In this document: in pieces, positions 1 to 13,890 of the stretch
Layout of the letters: each line of letters starts with the position of its first letter
Numbering within the stretch: position 1 is the stretch's first letter
Source of the DNA: Octopus vulgaris
Taxonomy: Eukaryota
DNA length: 64,000 nucleotides
NCBI GenBank assembly: GCA_951406725.2
Contig: OX597833.1
Location: 72,354,001-72,418,000 of the forward strand
Direction of reading: 5' to 3'
Translations under genes and position numbers: made by a program
The notes under the pieces: generated by a model
Told to the model about the DNA's origin: nothing
Seen by the model: only the letters and a program-made list of their open reading frames with translations
The model's database searches: none

Positions 1-652
1 TGCATTAAAAAATGTTTATCTATCTATCTATCTTTTTCTTTCTTTTGTTCGTTGTATAGTCATATAAGAATCCGTAAGTCAGGAAAAAACAGACACCCAT
101 CATATTTTTGTCAGTTTGGATGAGCTTCCTCATATATAGGATGTTGTTTGTTTCTGGTCTTCCGTGGAAAGTTCGTTTAGGCATGGGAAAATTATTTCCT
201 TGCTTGGAGACAGGAGACAGTTTGCCACAAGAAGGGCATAGAAAATCTTTGTCAACAAATTCTGTCTAACCCATGCAAGCATGGAAAAATAGACGCTAAA
301 TGATGATGATGGCATGTATTCTGGTTTTGAGAATAGGTCTACTGTATCCCTACAAGTTGTAAGAAGTGACTAAACAGGTTGACATCAGGAAAGGCGTCTG
401 GCTGTCATAAAGAGTTCTCTGATCCATGCCTACAAAGAAAAGCAGAAGTAAAAATGTCCACGATGATTGTGTGTGTGTGCAGCTGCAGGCCTAGTTGTGT
501 GAATAGGAAATTCACTTTGCATTTGTGTGGTTTTGGGTTCAACTTCACTGCATGGCATCTTAGACAGGTGTCTCTTACTGAACCCTTAGATTGGCTGATG
601 TTTTATGAGTGGAATTCAGTTGGCAGAAACATGGTGTGTGTGTGCACATATA

Positions 653-986
653 TTCTTTTATTTGTTTTAATCATTTGACTGCTGCCATGTTGGAGCACCG
701 TCTTTAGTTGAATCAAATCGATTCCAGGACTTACTCTTTGTAAGCCTAGTACTTATTCTATCAGTCTCTTTTGCCGAACCACTAAGCTATGGGGACATAA
801 ACACACCAACATCAGTTGATGGTGGGGGTACAAATACACACACACACACACGATGGGCTTCTTTCAGTTTCTGTCTACCAAATCCATTCATAAGACTTTA
901 GAAGATACTTGGCCAAGATGCCACGTAGTAGTGGGACTGAACCTGGAACCATGTGGTTGGGAAGCAAGCTTCTTATCACACAGCCA
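653..986 (-). mobile_element. tRNA-derived SINE, near full length (family B)
   Basis: Head with A-box-like tggctgtgtg and B-box GGTTCAGTCCC; 3' tail ggtgctccagcatggc..tgactgaaac. Related copies at ~3525-3845, 31370-31630, 37045-37160, 41040-41190, 41605-41800 and 52295-52410. Confidence 0.75.
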
Positions 987-3245
987 TTCCTCTCAAGAAT
1001 TCCTTCATTCTTGAGGTTGTTTATATTAGCAGCAGCACCAGTCAGTAATGGAATGTTCTTTTTAAGTTAAAAATTTTTTTAATTAGTTGTTTTTTTTTTG
1101 CGTTGGGGTTTGGGGGTTAGATTTAAAGGTTGCATGTAAGTGTGTCTTGGTAAAAGTTAATCCATAAAAATTACTAGAAGAAAAATAAAACTGCTCAATT
1201 GATTTTCTGAGAGAAGTGAAAAAGTGTAATATTTTTTAATATTAACAAAACCGCACTTCGGAAAGTGGAGATCTTCATAAACAGCTGCCCAAGAAGAATT
1301 GCCTTTAATCCATTGACCAAACAAGATTGACAACATGGATTTCTAGCTTAGGAGTCATCAGCCACATGCTGAACAAGAGATAAAGAGAAGGAATTTTGGT
1401 TAGATTGTGTATACACAAATCTCACAAGACAGGTCTTTGTATGGAATCATGAAGAGAAACCAACTAAGAATTGTAGGGTCTGGTTAGCAAATGCCATGGA
1501 ACCAACTGAAGACAGCGAAAGAAAAATGAGAATAATTTTTTTTGCAGCCTAAATTTTAGTGAGTAAAAAGAAGGAAGTATGAAGACACCCCTATTGTTTC
1601 CCTTTAACCCTTTCGTTACTATATTTCTGACCAAAATACACCCCTTATGTGTTTCAATTAATTTCTAACATAATCATAAATTTAGTCTGGTTTCATTAAA
1701 CAACTATAACTTTTTTATTTATCAATATATTAATTTGATTTTTGGAAGATAATTTAATAAAATGTTCTCAACCAATTCTATACCATAATTTTTGTCACAA
1801 AGTGACTAATTGCAAAATTCTTGGTGATTTTCAAAACTAAATTGAAAGACATTGTTTTTTTTTTTATTAGAAATAAATTTGCTGATAGGTAAAAGTTGAG
1901 AGTTGTGGATGCATTGGTTGATGTTAGGAGATGGGTTTTGGTTAGATAAGAGAATTTAGGAGTGTAGATGGGTGAATCTGTAGAGTGCTGGACACCATTT
2001 GAAACATCACCTATGTCACTAACCAAAACTTATGGAACAATGTGGATAATAATTGTGGGTCAGTTATGATCAAAAACAATCCAGCTATGACCATCCTGTG
2101 TTAAAAATGTTATAACTTTGCTCAAAAGTAAATTATACAGTGTGTTCTTTTGTTTTTGTTTTTTCTTTTAGTCTATACAGTAATATGAGGGAGGGAGGGA
2201 GGAAGAGTTAACTCCTGCTTTTAGCAGATCAAGTGACTGCATAGGTTTTCTTGTTGACTCACTTGTTTAGTCAATCATGATTGAACAGAGATATATTGAA
2301 ATAAAGTTTATTGTCTGAGTGACTGAGTGATCCTGAATTCTTCCAGTTTATGGGAAGCTCTTTGCATGGCTAATAATCTTGATGTGTGGAATGGTGAATG
2401 CGTTTAGTTCTTTCTCTGATTCAAACTGAAATCCATTTCACTAGAATAATCCAGACAAAACTAAAATTTGATTTTTCTTCTGACCATTTCACTTGAAAGC
2501 TTTTTTTCTTTTTTCTACAATTTGAATTGTTGGTGTCTGACAAAGAAGTTAGTTTCAGAACCAAATGGTTAAGATTTGATTTTCACTGCATGCCTGCTGT
2601 CCGTCGGTGTCTTCTTGTGTGTCCAGGGCTTGACCAATACCTTGTGAGTGGAATAGATGCAGGCCATTGTGTGTGTGTGTGAGTGAGTTTCCCTTCCTCT
2701 TCATGTGTTTGTTGTTTGTAAACGAAACACACCGTTCATGTAATAATGTTGTTTGTTTTCAATCCAGCATGTAGCCATGTCTGGGCTTTTGGTGTTCAAT
2801 GCACTGAGAGAGTATTATTATCTTGCTTGGAAACAGTTGAGTATTTGCATCAGGAAGGGCATCCAACCTCCAACCCCCACTGTCCTAGTGTAGTCTCTCT
2901 TGTCCCATGCAAACATGGAAAAATAGACATTAAAGTAACGATGATGATGATAGAGTCACTTTTAAATATATGTACATATATAGTCATTCTTGTTTTATTT
3001 TTCTAAACATCTTACAACCAGTCTCTTATATCACACAATACCCACCTCTCTCTCTCATACACACACACACCTCAGTCTCTCTCGCACACACACACACACA
3101 CACACACACATACTCTCACTGGAAATTGGTTACATTTTTTAAATCAAAATCAATATTAAAGAATTGTGAATCCAGGGTGACAGGCTGCAAAGTTTTCCCC
3201 AAGAAAAAACTACAATGTAATAAATAAAACTTTTATTTTTTTCAG

Positions 3246-3280
<35 letters not shown>

Positions 3281-6200
3281 GTCAATATATTTTTTAGAAA
3301 GTGAAATTATCTATTAATATATTTTATAAAATATAAAATACATTATTATTATTATTATTATTATTATTTATTAATTCATGTGAAATTAATCATTTTATGT
3401 AAAATGAAATCTGAAAAATAAATTGGGTTAGATTCGATCATCGTCTCTTGTAACAGAAACCTGTGTCTTATGCGTTTGCTGTTGTTACAAGCTTTTCTAA
3501 AACAATTTAACAAGTATTTTTTAATCTTTTACTTGTTTCCATCATTTGACTGCGGTGGCCATGCTGGGGCACCACCTTGAAGAATTTTAGTCATGCATTG
3601 ACCCCCTAGTGCTTATCTTTATAGCCTGGTACTTATTCTGTCAGTTACTTTTGCCAAACTGCTAAGTTACGGGGATGTCAAGCAGTGGTAGAGGATAAAG
3701 ACAATCACACACGATAGGCTTCCTTCAGTTTCCATCTACCACATCTACTTACAAAGCTTTTGTCAGTCCATGGCTAAGACACTTGCCCAAGGTGCAATGC
3801 AATGGGTCTGAACCCAGAACCACGGGGTTGGGAAGCAAGCTTAATCATCATTTTGTATCCCTGTTTCCCATTTTTCTTGCTGATGTGCCCTGGACGTATC
3901 CGTCCCAGCAGAGAACCTCACCTTTTCTTGTAGTCATTTTTTTTTTATTGACACAACAGAGAAACCCAGCAAGCTTTGTTGCTGTCTCCTTCTTTTAAAG
4001 CAAGGTGTCTTTTCCTATTGCTGACCAGTTCACAATATGGCCAGTGTGCATTTCATTAGACCCCACTGGCCCCACTGGTATAATGTCTGCCTCAGCACAG
4101 TGTTTCTAATTTGTCGGCTGATATGGAAAGACAAGCGGCCAATCTGCTTTTGTTGTTGTGTGTTTCTCTTTTGATGTATTTGTTTACTGATGAACCACCT
4201 ACCCATCGTACATCATGGACTGGATACATTTTATTATGTCGCTCAGCCTTAGACACATTTGACAGGTGATCTTCTCTGCATGTAAAGAACGTGTTGGACC
4301 AACTCACAAATGCCTCTCTTCCAACAGTACAATGATGTTTGGTAATAAATTTCAGAGAAAATTTGTAGGAATTGATAAAGTTTGGTTGTTGTGAGGAATG
4401 GAAAATCTGAATTTCCAGATAATTCTTTGTTTTGTGGAACACTAAATTCCCAAAATTCATTGACATTTCAAGACATAAATGGTTTTGCTTCTGAATGGAA
4501 TATTGTGTAGCACCAGATCAACTTCGATTCCAACCATGGCCTTCTCTTTTTAAGGAAATCTAGAATTACATTATCCAGTATGTCTTTCATTATTGAAGAT
4601 GATGATGATGATTCACTTTAAGGGAGATCTGCCTGCTATTTCTAGCAGGTTAAGCAGCCATATAGGAGATCACTCACTGCCTATTAGTGATAGGTTTTCG
4701 GGTATTTTTTCCCCTCTTTTAGGTTGGAATCCTAAGAATTAGGTACTGGGCACAAACACATGACTGGCTTCCGTTCACTTTTCATCTAAATTTCACTATC
4801 AAGGCATTGGTCAGCCTAACACCATAGTAAAAGGGACTTGGTCATGATGCAGTAAGGCCACAAATGAAGGCATGTTTTGAAGGGGAAACTGAACTTCTTA
4901 ACTGACACAGTTACGTCTTGTGTGTGTGTGTAGCTTAACATACAGACACACACACATTTTTGGTTTAACAATTGAGAGAAAGACTACTCAGTACTTGTCG
5001 TATATTGTATGAAGCTTTCCCGTCATTCTGTCACTGCTCAATTTATTCATCATCATCGTTTAATGTCTGTTTTGATAGACTGGCGTGAAGGGTTGGATGG
5101 TTTGACTGGAGCTGGTAAGCCAGAGGACTGCATCAAGTTCCACTCTCTACTTTTGTATGATTTTTATAGCTGGATGACCTTTTCAATGCCAACCACGTTA
5201 CAGGGTGGACTGGGTACCTTTTACATGGCACTGGTGAGGTCACCACATAACTTGCAAGATTGCTTCATGTCATTTTTCTGAAGACACTCAGAAATTGTTG
5301 CCTAAGATGTTAACAGTGAGAAATTCTGTGTAGTGGTTAAGAATCACCAGTTTTGTAGAAATATATATGGATGTTGTTGGAGTAGGAGTCCTACCGGTGA
5401 CTCCTGTTGCTATAGTAACTGCCTTACCCCTAGGCAGAACACTGTGATAATGACAGGATGTGAACAGCTCCAATGTGCAACAAAGCAGCTGCAGTGAATT
5501 GGAACCCAAAACCAGTGGAGTAAATATACCCAAAACCACCTGAGTCGTATTATTTCTATCAATATGGCTATAACTCTGCAAGGAAGTGGCTTTCTCAAGC
5601 TGACCAACACCAAATGGATTGCACACACACACAGTCTTTGCTACTGATTGAGACTGGTATGGTTGTGCAGTTTAAGAAGTTGGCTTTGTAGTAACTACAT
5701 CTGGCTTTAGGTTCAATTCTGCTGCACTACCCCTTCAGTCCATGTTTTCTGTCTGGGTTGATCTCAGTGGAAATTGTCTGTTCTTGTTTGGTAGATTTAA
5801 TCTACTGCCTGGGTTTAAGAGATAACCTGTGTTGGTATCAAGGCCATGTCTTTAGCCCCCAGATAACTTCCTTCCCCAGTCTCAGACCCTGGTCAATGTT
5901 ATGGCTTCTACCCTGTCTCCTCTAAATCATTATAAGAAATTGATATGATAGCTTCTGGAATTTCTTATCGTTAACCTTCATAACGAAGGTAGGATATATA
6001 AGGGAAAATATATATCTTTCCAAACTATTTTCACTTAAGATGAGCCTGTTGCTGACTTGCAAGAAATAACAGCCAAATCAGGCTAGGCATCATTAGATCT
6101 CCAACATGCCTGGTAAGTGGCAGGCTGGTTAAAGCTTGACCCCTTTCATTATAATTGACCAAAAGTTAAACCAAATTTTAACAGGCAAAATGAAGTAGGA

Positions 6201-6284
6201 CTGATATCAGATGAAGATAGACAGAAATATTCAGTTTTAAATTTCGTTTCTATTTCTGAATTAATATTAAGAGATTTTTCTCTA

Positions 6285-6313
6285 ATATTTCTCTTTTTCT
6301 TTTCTATTCCAGG
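6285..6313 (+). promoter_or_regulatory. Probable splice acceptor of the ZNF coding exon (5'UTR 6313-6576)
   Basis: Long polypyrimidine tract ttttctctttttcttttctattccag|GTGCTG with AG at 6311-6312. Implies upstream non-coding exon(s), which I could not locate. Confidence 0.6.
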
Positions 6314-6576
6314 TGCTGTCAAAATTTGCTGACGTCTTGTGGAATATTCAAACCTTAAATTCTTAAAATTATCAGTTCTAACATTCCTTCCCCCAATTTT
6401 TTTTTTTTGATTTTGGGGAATAACTTTTTTTTTTTGCCTATGAATCTTCAAGAATAGAGTGAGTCCCTTCAAAAGCTCTGTGTCTAGTTAAGACGGTTGT
6501 GTCTGACTTAGACTCTGGTGTGTTTATCTGAAGATTGATTGTCTGTTTTAAACTGTTGTGTCTAAGACTTTGAAGG

Positions 6577-8172
6577 ATGGGTTTCAAATGTAACTTTTGT
6601 TCAAAGATTTTTAACCAAAAGTCGGATTTGATGCTTCATGAAGCTCACCATGCCAGAGAAGCTTTCTTCAGGGCTTGTTCGCAACAGCAACAACAACAAC
6701 AACACCACCAGCAACAGCAGCATCAGCAGCAACAATTGCAGCAACGACAACAGCAGCATCAGCAGCATCAGCAGCAGCAGAATAACATATCCAAAAAGAC
6801 ATCTCTATTGAACCTGTCGACTTCTCCTTCGCATGTTCTCAATTTGAAATGCATTTACTGCCAAGAGATATTTCACGACCAATGCACTCTTGCAGAGCAT
6901 GTACAAATGCAGCACTTGGGCAAGAAAGTGCTCACCTGTCACCTTTGTGATAAGACTTTTTCACGTTCTTCAGATCTTGCTATTCATATGCGTGTTCATT
7001 CGGGCGAGAAGCCGTTTTCTTGCAATGTCTGCGACAAGTCGTTCACCCAACTGTCAAACCTTGCCACCCACAAGCGTATCCATTCTGGAGAGAAACCTTA
7101 TCAATGCCCAGAGTGCTACAAGGCCTTTTCAGATTCTTCAGCATTGTCACGCCATGTTAGAATTCATTCTGGGGAAAAGCCATTCAAGTGCGACATTTGT
7201 TATAAATCTTTTTCCATCTCTTCCAATTTGTCTATGCATTTGCGGACACATTCAGGTGAGAAACCATTCCGGTGTGATGTTTGTGATAAAACCTTCTCCC
7301 AGTCGGCCCACCTTGCAACTCACATGAGAACACATTGTGGAGATAAAATTTTTATATGTAAAGTTTGCGGAAAGGCTTTTACCAATTCTTCTAATTTGGC
7401 GTTACATATGACTGTGCACTCTGGGCAGAAACCTTACACCTGCTACCTGTGCCACAGGTCGTTCCCTCAGTCCTCGCTGCTCTCGGCTCACATGGCAACT
7501 CACTCTGCCGAATTAGATGCTGCTGCCATGGGCAGGCTGTTTATGTCTCCTGGCAACAATATCCATCACATGAACGAGAACTCCCCAGCATCGTCGTCGT
7601 CGTCCGTCTCTCCGTCGCATTCCCCATCACCACAGCAACACCACCAGCTATCCACGACGAACACGATTGCTGCACACAACCACAACCATTACCACATGCA
7701 ACAATCACAGCAGCAGCATTCTGGCATCCGCTCCTCCCCCGACCTGCAGCCGACCTACTCTCACAAGAACAACAAACACATGATCATTGATAAGGATCCA
7801 ATGCAGCACGTCTCTCCGAACCACACGGTGTCCGAGGTGATGGCCTCCCTGTCTGCGAACGAAAAGACTTTCAGAAGGAACAGCGGCAGCGGAACTGCCA
7901 TGAACACCAACAACAACAACATCATCACTTGCAATAACAATATCAATCTCAACAACAGCAGCAGCAATATCAACAACAACTGCAGCAGCAGCAACAACAA
8001 CAATAGTAACAGCAGCAAACATTCTGGAAACCAGCCAACCGTGAAGAAGGCCATACCACGCAGTGAGATGGTGAAGATATTCCGAGACGTTGCCGAGTCC
8101 TTATGGGGTGTGAGTGGTGAAGATATTGCTGAAGATATTCGTGAAGATGGCATCACAGGGACAACTTTCTGA
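6577..8172 (+). CDS. C2H2 (Kruppel-like) zinc-finger protein, 531 aa, single coding exon
   Basis: ATG..TGA ORF with 9 CxxC-x12-HxxxH fingers (one N-terminal finger, a polyQ/H tract, then 8 tandem fingers with mostly SGEKP linkers). The C-terminal half is S/H/Q/N low-complexity sequence ending in a short non-repetitive tail. Confidence 0.95.
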   Translation: MGFKCNFCSKIFNQKSDLMLHEAHHAREAFFRACSQQQQQQQHHQQQQHQQQQLQQRQQQHQQHQQQQNNISKKTSLLNLSTSPSHVLNLKCIYCQEIFHDQCTLAEHVQMQHLGKKVLTCHLCDKTFSRSSDLAIHMRVHSGEKPFSCNVCDKSFTQLSNLATHKRIHSGEKPYQCPECYKAFSDSSALSRHVRIHSGEKPFKCDICYKSFSISSNLSMHLRTHSGEKPFRCDVCDKTFSQSAHLATHMRTHCGDKIFICKVCGKAFTNSSNLALHMTVHSGQKPYTCYLCHRSFPQSSLLSAHMATHSAELDAAAMGRLFMSPGNNIHHMNENSPASSSSSVSPSHSPSPQQHHQLSTTNTIAAHNHNHYHMQQSQQQHSGIRSSPDLQPTYSHKNNKHMIIDKDPMQHVSPNHTVSEVMASLSANEKTFRRNSGSGTAMNTNNNNIITCNNNINLNNSSSNINNNCSSSNNNNSNSSKHSGNQPTVKKAIPRSEMVKIFRDVAESLWGVSGEDIAEDIREDGITGTTF

Positions 8173-8784
8173 ATCATGAAGAAATCACCATTCACTCATA
8201 AAATAACTGCACTCACATACTCAGTGTGAGTGCGAGTGTGTGTGTGTGTGCGTGTATACATATTTATCGTGTATGATATATACACTCACCCGTGTATATA
8301 CATGTATGTATGTATACATATACATACACAAGCAAACTAGGTTAGAAGCTGCTGTTTGTTTGTATTAAACTTTTGATGAAATTAGAAACACTGTAGATTG
8401 CTATTATCATTATTATTATTATTATTAATAATAATAATTATTAGTATTTTTTTTTAAGTTCTTTCCATTTTTTTTTCTTAAAACCAATTATAATGATGCC
8501 AAGTAAACCTTTTTATCATTATCACTACTATCACCATTTTTCTTTGTCTTCTTCTTCTTATTATTATTACCATATAAGGCAGCGAACTGGCAGAATCGTT
8601 GGCCAGAACAAATGCTTCACAGCATTTCGTCCATCTTCACATTCTGAGTTCAAATCCCGCTGAGGTTAACTTTGCCTTTCATCCTTTCAGGGTCGATAAA
8701 ATAAGCACCAGTCTGAACACTGGGGTCGATGTACTCGACTTAACTCCCTCCCCCCCAAATTTGCTGGCCTTGTGCCTGCCAGCA

Positions 8785-8825
<41 letters not shown>

Positions 8826-11800
8826 GGGTGGTTGGAAATAGTAGTGCCATAAATTATAAAACCTTATAACATTTAGTTTTACCCCTGTTGATTCAAAGAT
8901 CATATCCCTCCAGAGTTGACATTGCCTTTCATCCTTCCAGGGTCTGGATGGATGTATAGGTGAATGGGTTGGGTTTGGTCAGCATTGATAATCAGTTTAA
9001 TCCCTTCGTAAACTGAACTTTTACCAATGTAAGCAACCAGGACTCGAGTGTTTTGCTAACGTATAGCAGTAACTTCTTTCACATAACTAAATCTATGTTT
9101 CTGCTTTTGATTTTCCACATTGCTAATGTCATAGTCAAAAGATATGCATTAATGATTGCTTGACCTGCTACAAATGGAAGGCAAATCCCCTTCAAACTTT
9201 AAAAATGGGAAGAACAATGGATAATGTAAAAAAGACAGAATGGTGGCTTGAATGACTTTGATCAGAATTAACTTGGGGTTAAAAAACATAGCATTTTACT
9301 CAGCAGTGCCCCCTTTCCCCTGGCCCAACATACTTTACATCCCTTATAAATTGTATGTTTCATGGTTCACATAAGAAATTCCACATATTTAGTGGTGGTG
9401 GTCACAGTGATGGTGAATTGACAGAATGCCATAATGGTAATAGTCTCTACTAAGAATGACTTTATTTGATGAGGTAGCATCAACTTGTAAAAATAGCAGC
9501 CAATTCTTCCTCAAATCTCACCATACTCATCTTTTAAAACAAACAGTGAATCATTGGATATTGAGAGTACAAGTGTCTGTGGAATATTCAGCCACTTGTA
9601 CATTCAATGATTGTAGAAGTCAGTTGGTCAAACAACCGGTCACTCACCTTTAAAACCAACAGAGACCAGCTTACTCATTGTGCTAGAAATAATCACTAAA
9701 AGCCAGACTAAATACTTGATGCTTATTCAGTAACTGGGGCAGTGGATTGGTAGAATTGGTGGAATATCAGACATAATGCTTTATGATTTTCTTCCGGTTC
9801 TTTACATTCTGAGTTCAAATCCTGCTGAGGCTTAGCTTCCACCAGACAAGTGCTGGGATCAGTGATATTGACTAAATCCCTCCCGTCAACATTGCTGGCC
9901 TTCTTTCTAAATCCCAAACCATAGATTTGGTACCATTAGTAGACATTCTCCATCTCTTCTTCACAACAAACCACTTTACTCCCTTTTGAAACTGTTTCTC
10001 CTCCTCAAAGCGCATCCACACAGCAGCCCACCCATCACTCATTTCCTCACAGCCTGAACTTTACTCAAAATACTCTGCGGTATTCAGTCTTCACTCTGAA
10101 TATAAAAGTCCTATTGAGGATCATTTGGCCTTCCATGGTTCGGTGGGTGCTGATGATTAAAACGAGTTCCTGTATATAATACTGGGGGTTGATTCTCTCA
10201 ATGAGGCCCATTCTTTAGGAATGGGCCACCAAGGTGCTCAATGAACAGAATTATTAAATCTGGTTATCTTTGCTTTTTTTTTTATCCTGACATGGTTGAT
10301 AAAATTTAGAACTTGTAAGTATTGAAGTTGATTAAATTGGCTACACCTACCCTTCCCTTCACCCCTGCTCCCCTCCAGACTTGTGCCTCTGTTACAAATT
10401 TCTTTTTATTGGCAGAGTTGGTAGAGCACCAAACAGCAACTTGTGGTATTTTGTTTGGTTCAGATTCTGTTGAGCCCAACTTTGCTTTCCACCCTCCTGG
10501 GATCAATAAAACAAGGACCATCCAAGTACTGGCATTAAATCAATTGTAATCCCCCCCCCCCACTCGAACCGGGAGGCCTCATCTTGTCATTACAAACTAT
10601 CATCAGAATTTTGTTGTTATATCTTGGAAGAATCCTATTAAATCATATTAAACACACCAATTGCTGTCAACTTTTTGTTTTTTATTCCCATTCCAAAAGT
10701 CTTTGGTGACATTTTTGTTTTCTGTGACCTGAGTGAGAATTGAAACCCATCAAAAAAGGCCATGGGGGAAAAGTTTGATGAAAATTTTAGGAACATGGCT
10801 AAAAGCAAGTAAACAACAACTGCTGAGTGTATTTAAGGGGTTTAATGGGATTCTTCCGAAATATGATGATGTGTAGCAGTGGCACAAGGCCTGAAATTTT
10901 GGGCGAAACCAAAAGAAATTGTTTTCTTCTGTGAGTCATTGGTGTCGCAGTTGCCAGAAAGGGTGAGCTGTCGGGCAAGATATTGTCTTGCTATGTTCTG
11001 AGTTCAAATCCCTTTTTCACCCATTGATTAAATGGAAAGGTAAAAGAAGATACCAGTCATGTACTGAGGTTGATTCAATTGACAATGACCCCCACCCCCT
11101 TCCTGCCAACATGGTATTGTGCCAATGCGAGAAATTCTTGTCCTAAGACATTGCAGTGTGTGCATTCGTTTACAATCATGAGTTCAAATCACATCAGAGT
11201 TGACTTTGCTTGTCATCTTTCTGGGATCGATAATATGTACTAGTCAAATAATACAGTTTCATTAAACTGTTCCCTCCCTACCTCAACAGGTGTAGCCTTG
11301 TGCCTGTGTAGAGATTATTAGGATTATTATTATTATTACTAGAGAAGTTCAATCTTTCTCTGAATTGGACACAAAAGTTTAATCAATCATATCTTATTGT
11401 GAGAGCAAGAAAACAAAATGAGCCAGCCTTTGGTTCACCACCACCATCATCATTATCATCATATGTGTGTGTGTGTGTGTGAGTCCGTATGTATGTATAT
11501 ATATACACACACACAATCTGATGATTCACTCTGTCACTTTCTTCTTGCTTTGTGTGTTCCTTTTACCAGAGATAGGAATTACAATTTATCTTTATTTTAA
11601 TTTTATTTATCAGTTTTAAATGTCAAACTGTTGCAATTAATGTTACCATAATCTAAAGCCAGTTTTTTTTTTTTTTTTTGTGATAAGAAAATTTGAAGTT
11701 TATATCAGTTTAATTTTGAAAAAAAGAAAAAAAAATTTTTTTGAAACATTAAATTCAAGTTATAAAAAAAAATATTCTTACCAAGTATTTAAAACAAACC

Positions 11801-13677
11801 TGGAAGTGAATTTTAAAAAAAAGAAGACAAAAACAGAATTTGAACTGGGGGAAAAAATTGTTCAAAAACCCAAATTTCTAAAACTGAACTTAAAAGGGGG
11901 TGTAGAATTGATAAAATATTGCCATTTGACCTAATAATGTTTGGGGAATGAGAAAATAGGATGTTGTGACATTTATGGCTTTCCAGACCGGAGATCATTA
12001 GTGATGTAAGTGAAGAGAAATGGCTGCAAATGAGAATCCAAAACTTGGCTGCAATTTCAATTAGAGTTGATCAGAAAACAAAAAAAAAAAACATATTTAT
12101 AACTTTTTTTTCTTTGCTTGTCAAATTTGAAACCTTAAAATATCCCAAATCTGCTCCCATCCTGTTTATTTTTTAACTTTTTTTTTTATCATTTTAACAT
12201 GTGGGAGTATTTGAAACAGTGGGATGAGAAAACAGTTGAATGAGGTGTAATTTGGGTTTATGGCTTGGTGCTAGTGAGATGTTATAATCTATAAATAGAT
12301 GGGGAGGGGCTTATCCCCTACTCTACATAAATACCTCCTTAAAAAAAACAAAAAAACCAACTTAATCTGAAAGACATTGTATAAAATGAACCAAAATTTT
12401 CAGTCTCATATCTGAGTTTCCCTACTAAATTTTTTGTGGGTGAGGAGGGTATTATTTTCTTCCTCCCTGCCCCTTCTATTTCTCAAAGACTCTTGCAATC
12501 TGACCAGTTCCTCATCAACTTGTATAATCATCATACCATCTTTGTAATGTTCCAACATCTTCGCTTATCATTATTATTTTTTTTAATGTCATTTTTTTCC
12601 CTGTAATTTTCATCAATGTTCATAATTGTAATTTTTCACTTGCATTGCCAAAATTTCCTTTGTGAGAAAGTATGAATGCCACCACTTCTCTATTCCTCTC
12701 CCATCACACACTCACAAAGTTTTGTGCCCATGTAAAGAAAATGAAAAATATTATAACCTTCACCTAGACAAAACTGTTACCTTTATACGTTCCCAAAAAG
12801 TGGGAATGAATGATGCAACTTCCCATTTCAGTCTATTCTATAAATCAGGGGCCTTGGGCCTATGTAAAAAGTTGTTCCTCTCATTTTTGTCTTTCTTTTA
12901 TTATACTCACTGTCATGTTTTGTTGTTGTTGTTGTTTTTATTTTTACAATATTTTTTTCACTTGATTGACTTGTGTCTTCTTTCAGTGTCGGCAGCGCCC
13001 TCTCCTTTGCCATATCAACGACAAAGCGAACCTATCAGAGTTGCTACTGCAATAAACACACCCGCTGGTTAATGCATTATATCAAGCAGCAATAATGCAG
13101 GCCTTGAGCAGGCTCTTTGGTTTTGCTGAGAGGAAGATAGGTTCTGTAACACTATGGTGCCATGAAAAGAAATGTACCTAATAGCCTCTGTAAAGTGGTA
13201 AGCATTAAGATAGATGTCCAGCCATTGAAATCCTGCCAAAACTGATACTTGGGAGCAAGGTGGTGTTCTCTACCTTGTCAGCTCAGAAAATCTGACAAAA
13301 TGATAATGATATTTCAAAATTCTAGAATGATATAGCCAAGATTATTATTATTATTATTGATTTTAAATTCCTCTGGTGTCAAATTTGTCTTTGATTGTTC
13401 TGGAATCGATCAAATCGCTGGCTTGATTTAACCGGTTCTTCCTATCCATAATTTGTGATCTTCTACCTAAGTCAGAAATTATTATTTGCAATAAGGACAG
13501 TTGATTGGCAGAATTATTAGAGCATTGAGCAAAACATCCTGCAGAATATCTTCCAGGCCTTTACATTCTGAGTTCAAATCCCATCAAGGTTGATTAGGCT
13601 TCTCATCCCTCTTGGATCAATTTAATTCACTAACCCTTCTCCTAAATTGCTGGTTTTCTGCCCAAATTATTATTATT

Positions 13678-13890
13678 TAACCCTTTACTTTCAGTTTACT
13701 CTCTGAAATGTGCTTATTTCTTCTCATTGTTTTGAGTTAATCATGGCTTATCTCATAGCTTTGAGATTTCAATGATGTGATTGTTTATTCTTAAAATGAC
13801 ATTGTAGCATAAGTGTGAGATCTGATCAGTTTAAACAAAACAGGCAAATATTTTGGCCTAATATGTCCAGTTTCAATGCTAAAAGGTGAA
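13678..13890. mobile_element. Probable TTAA-type (piggyBac-like) MITE remnant
   Basis: Starts ttaacccttta and ends atgctaaaaggtgaa (a degenerate inverted terminus). A different ttaacccttt-starting element lies at ~1604-1890. Confidence 0.4.

Noticed and set aside
653-986. tRNA genes suggested by A/B-box motifs
   Set aside because: No cloverleaf is evident and the boxes belong to multi-copy SINE heads.
4092-4466. 124-aa minus-strand ORF with faint pogo/DDE-like 'LSISADKL'
   Set aside because: Similarity is too weak to call without a database search.
6890-8195. Alternative-frame and antisense ORFs over the ZNF gene (6890-7327, 7449-7790, 7705-8022, 7761-8195)
   Set aside because: Shadow ORFs caused by the repetitive codon structure (CAG/AAC tracts); no independent motifs.
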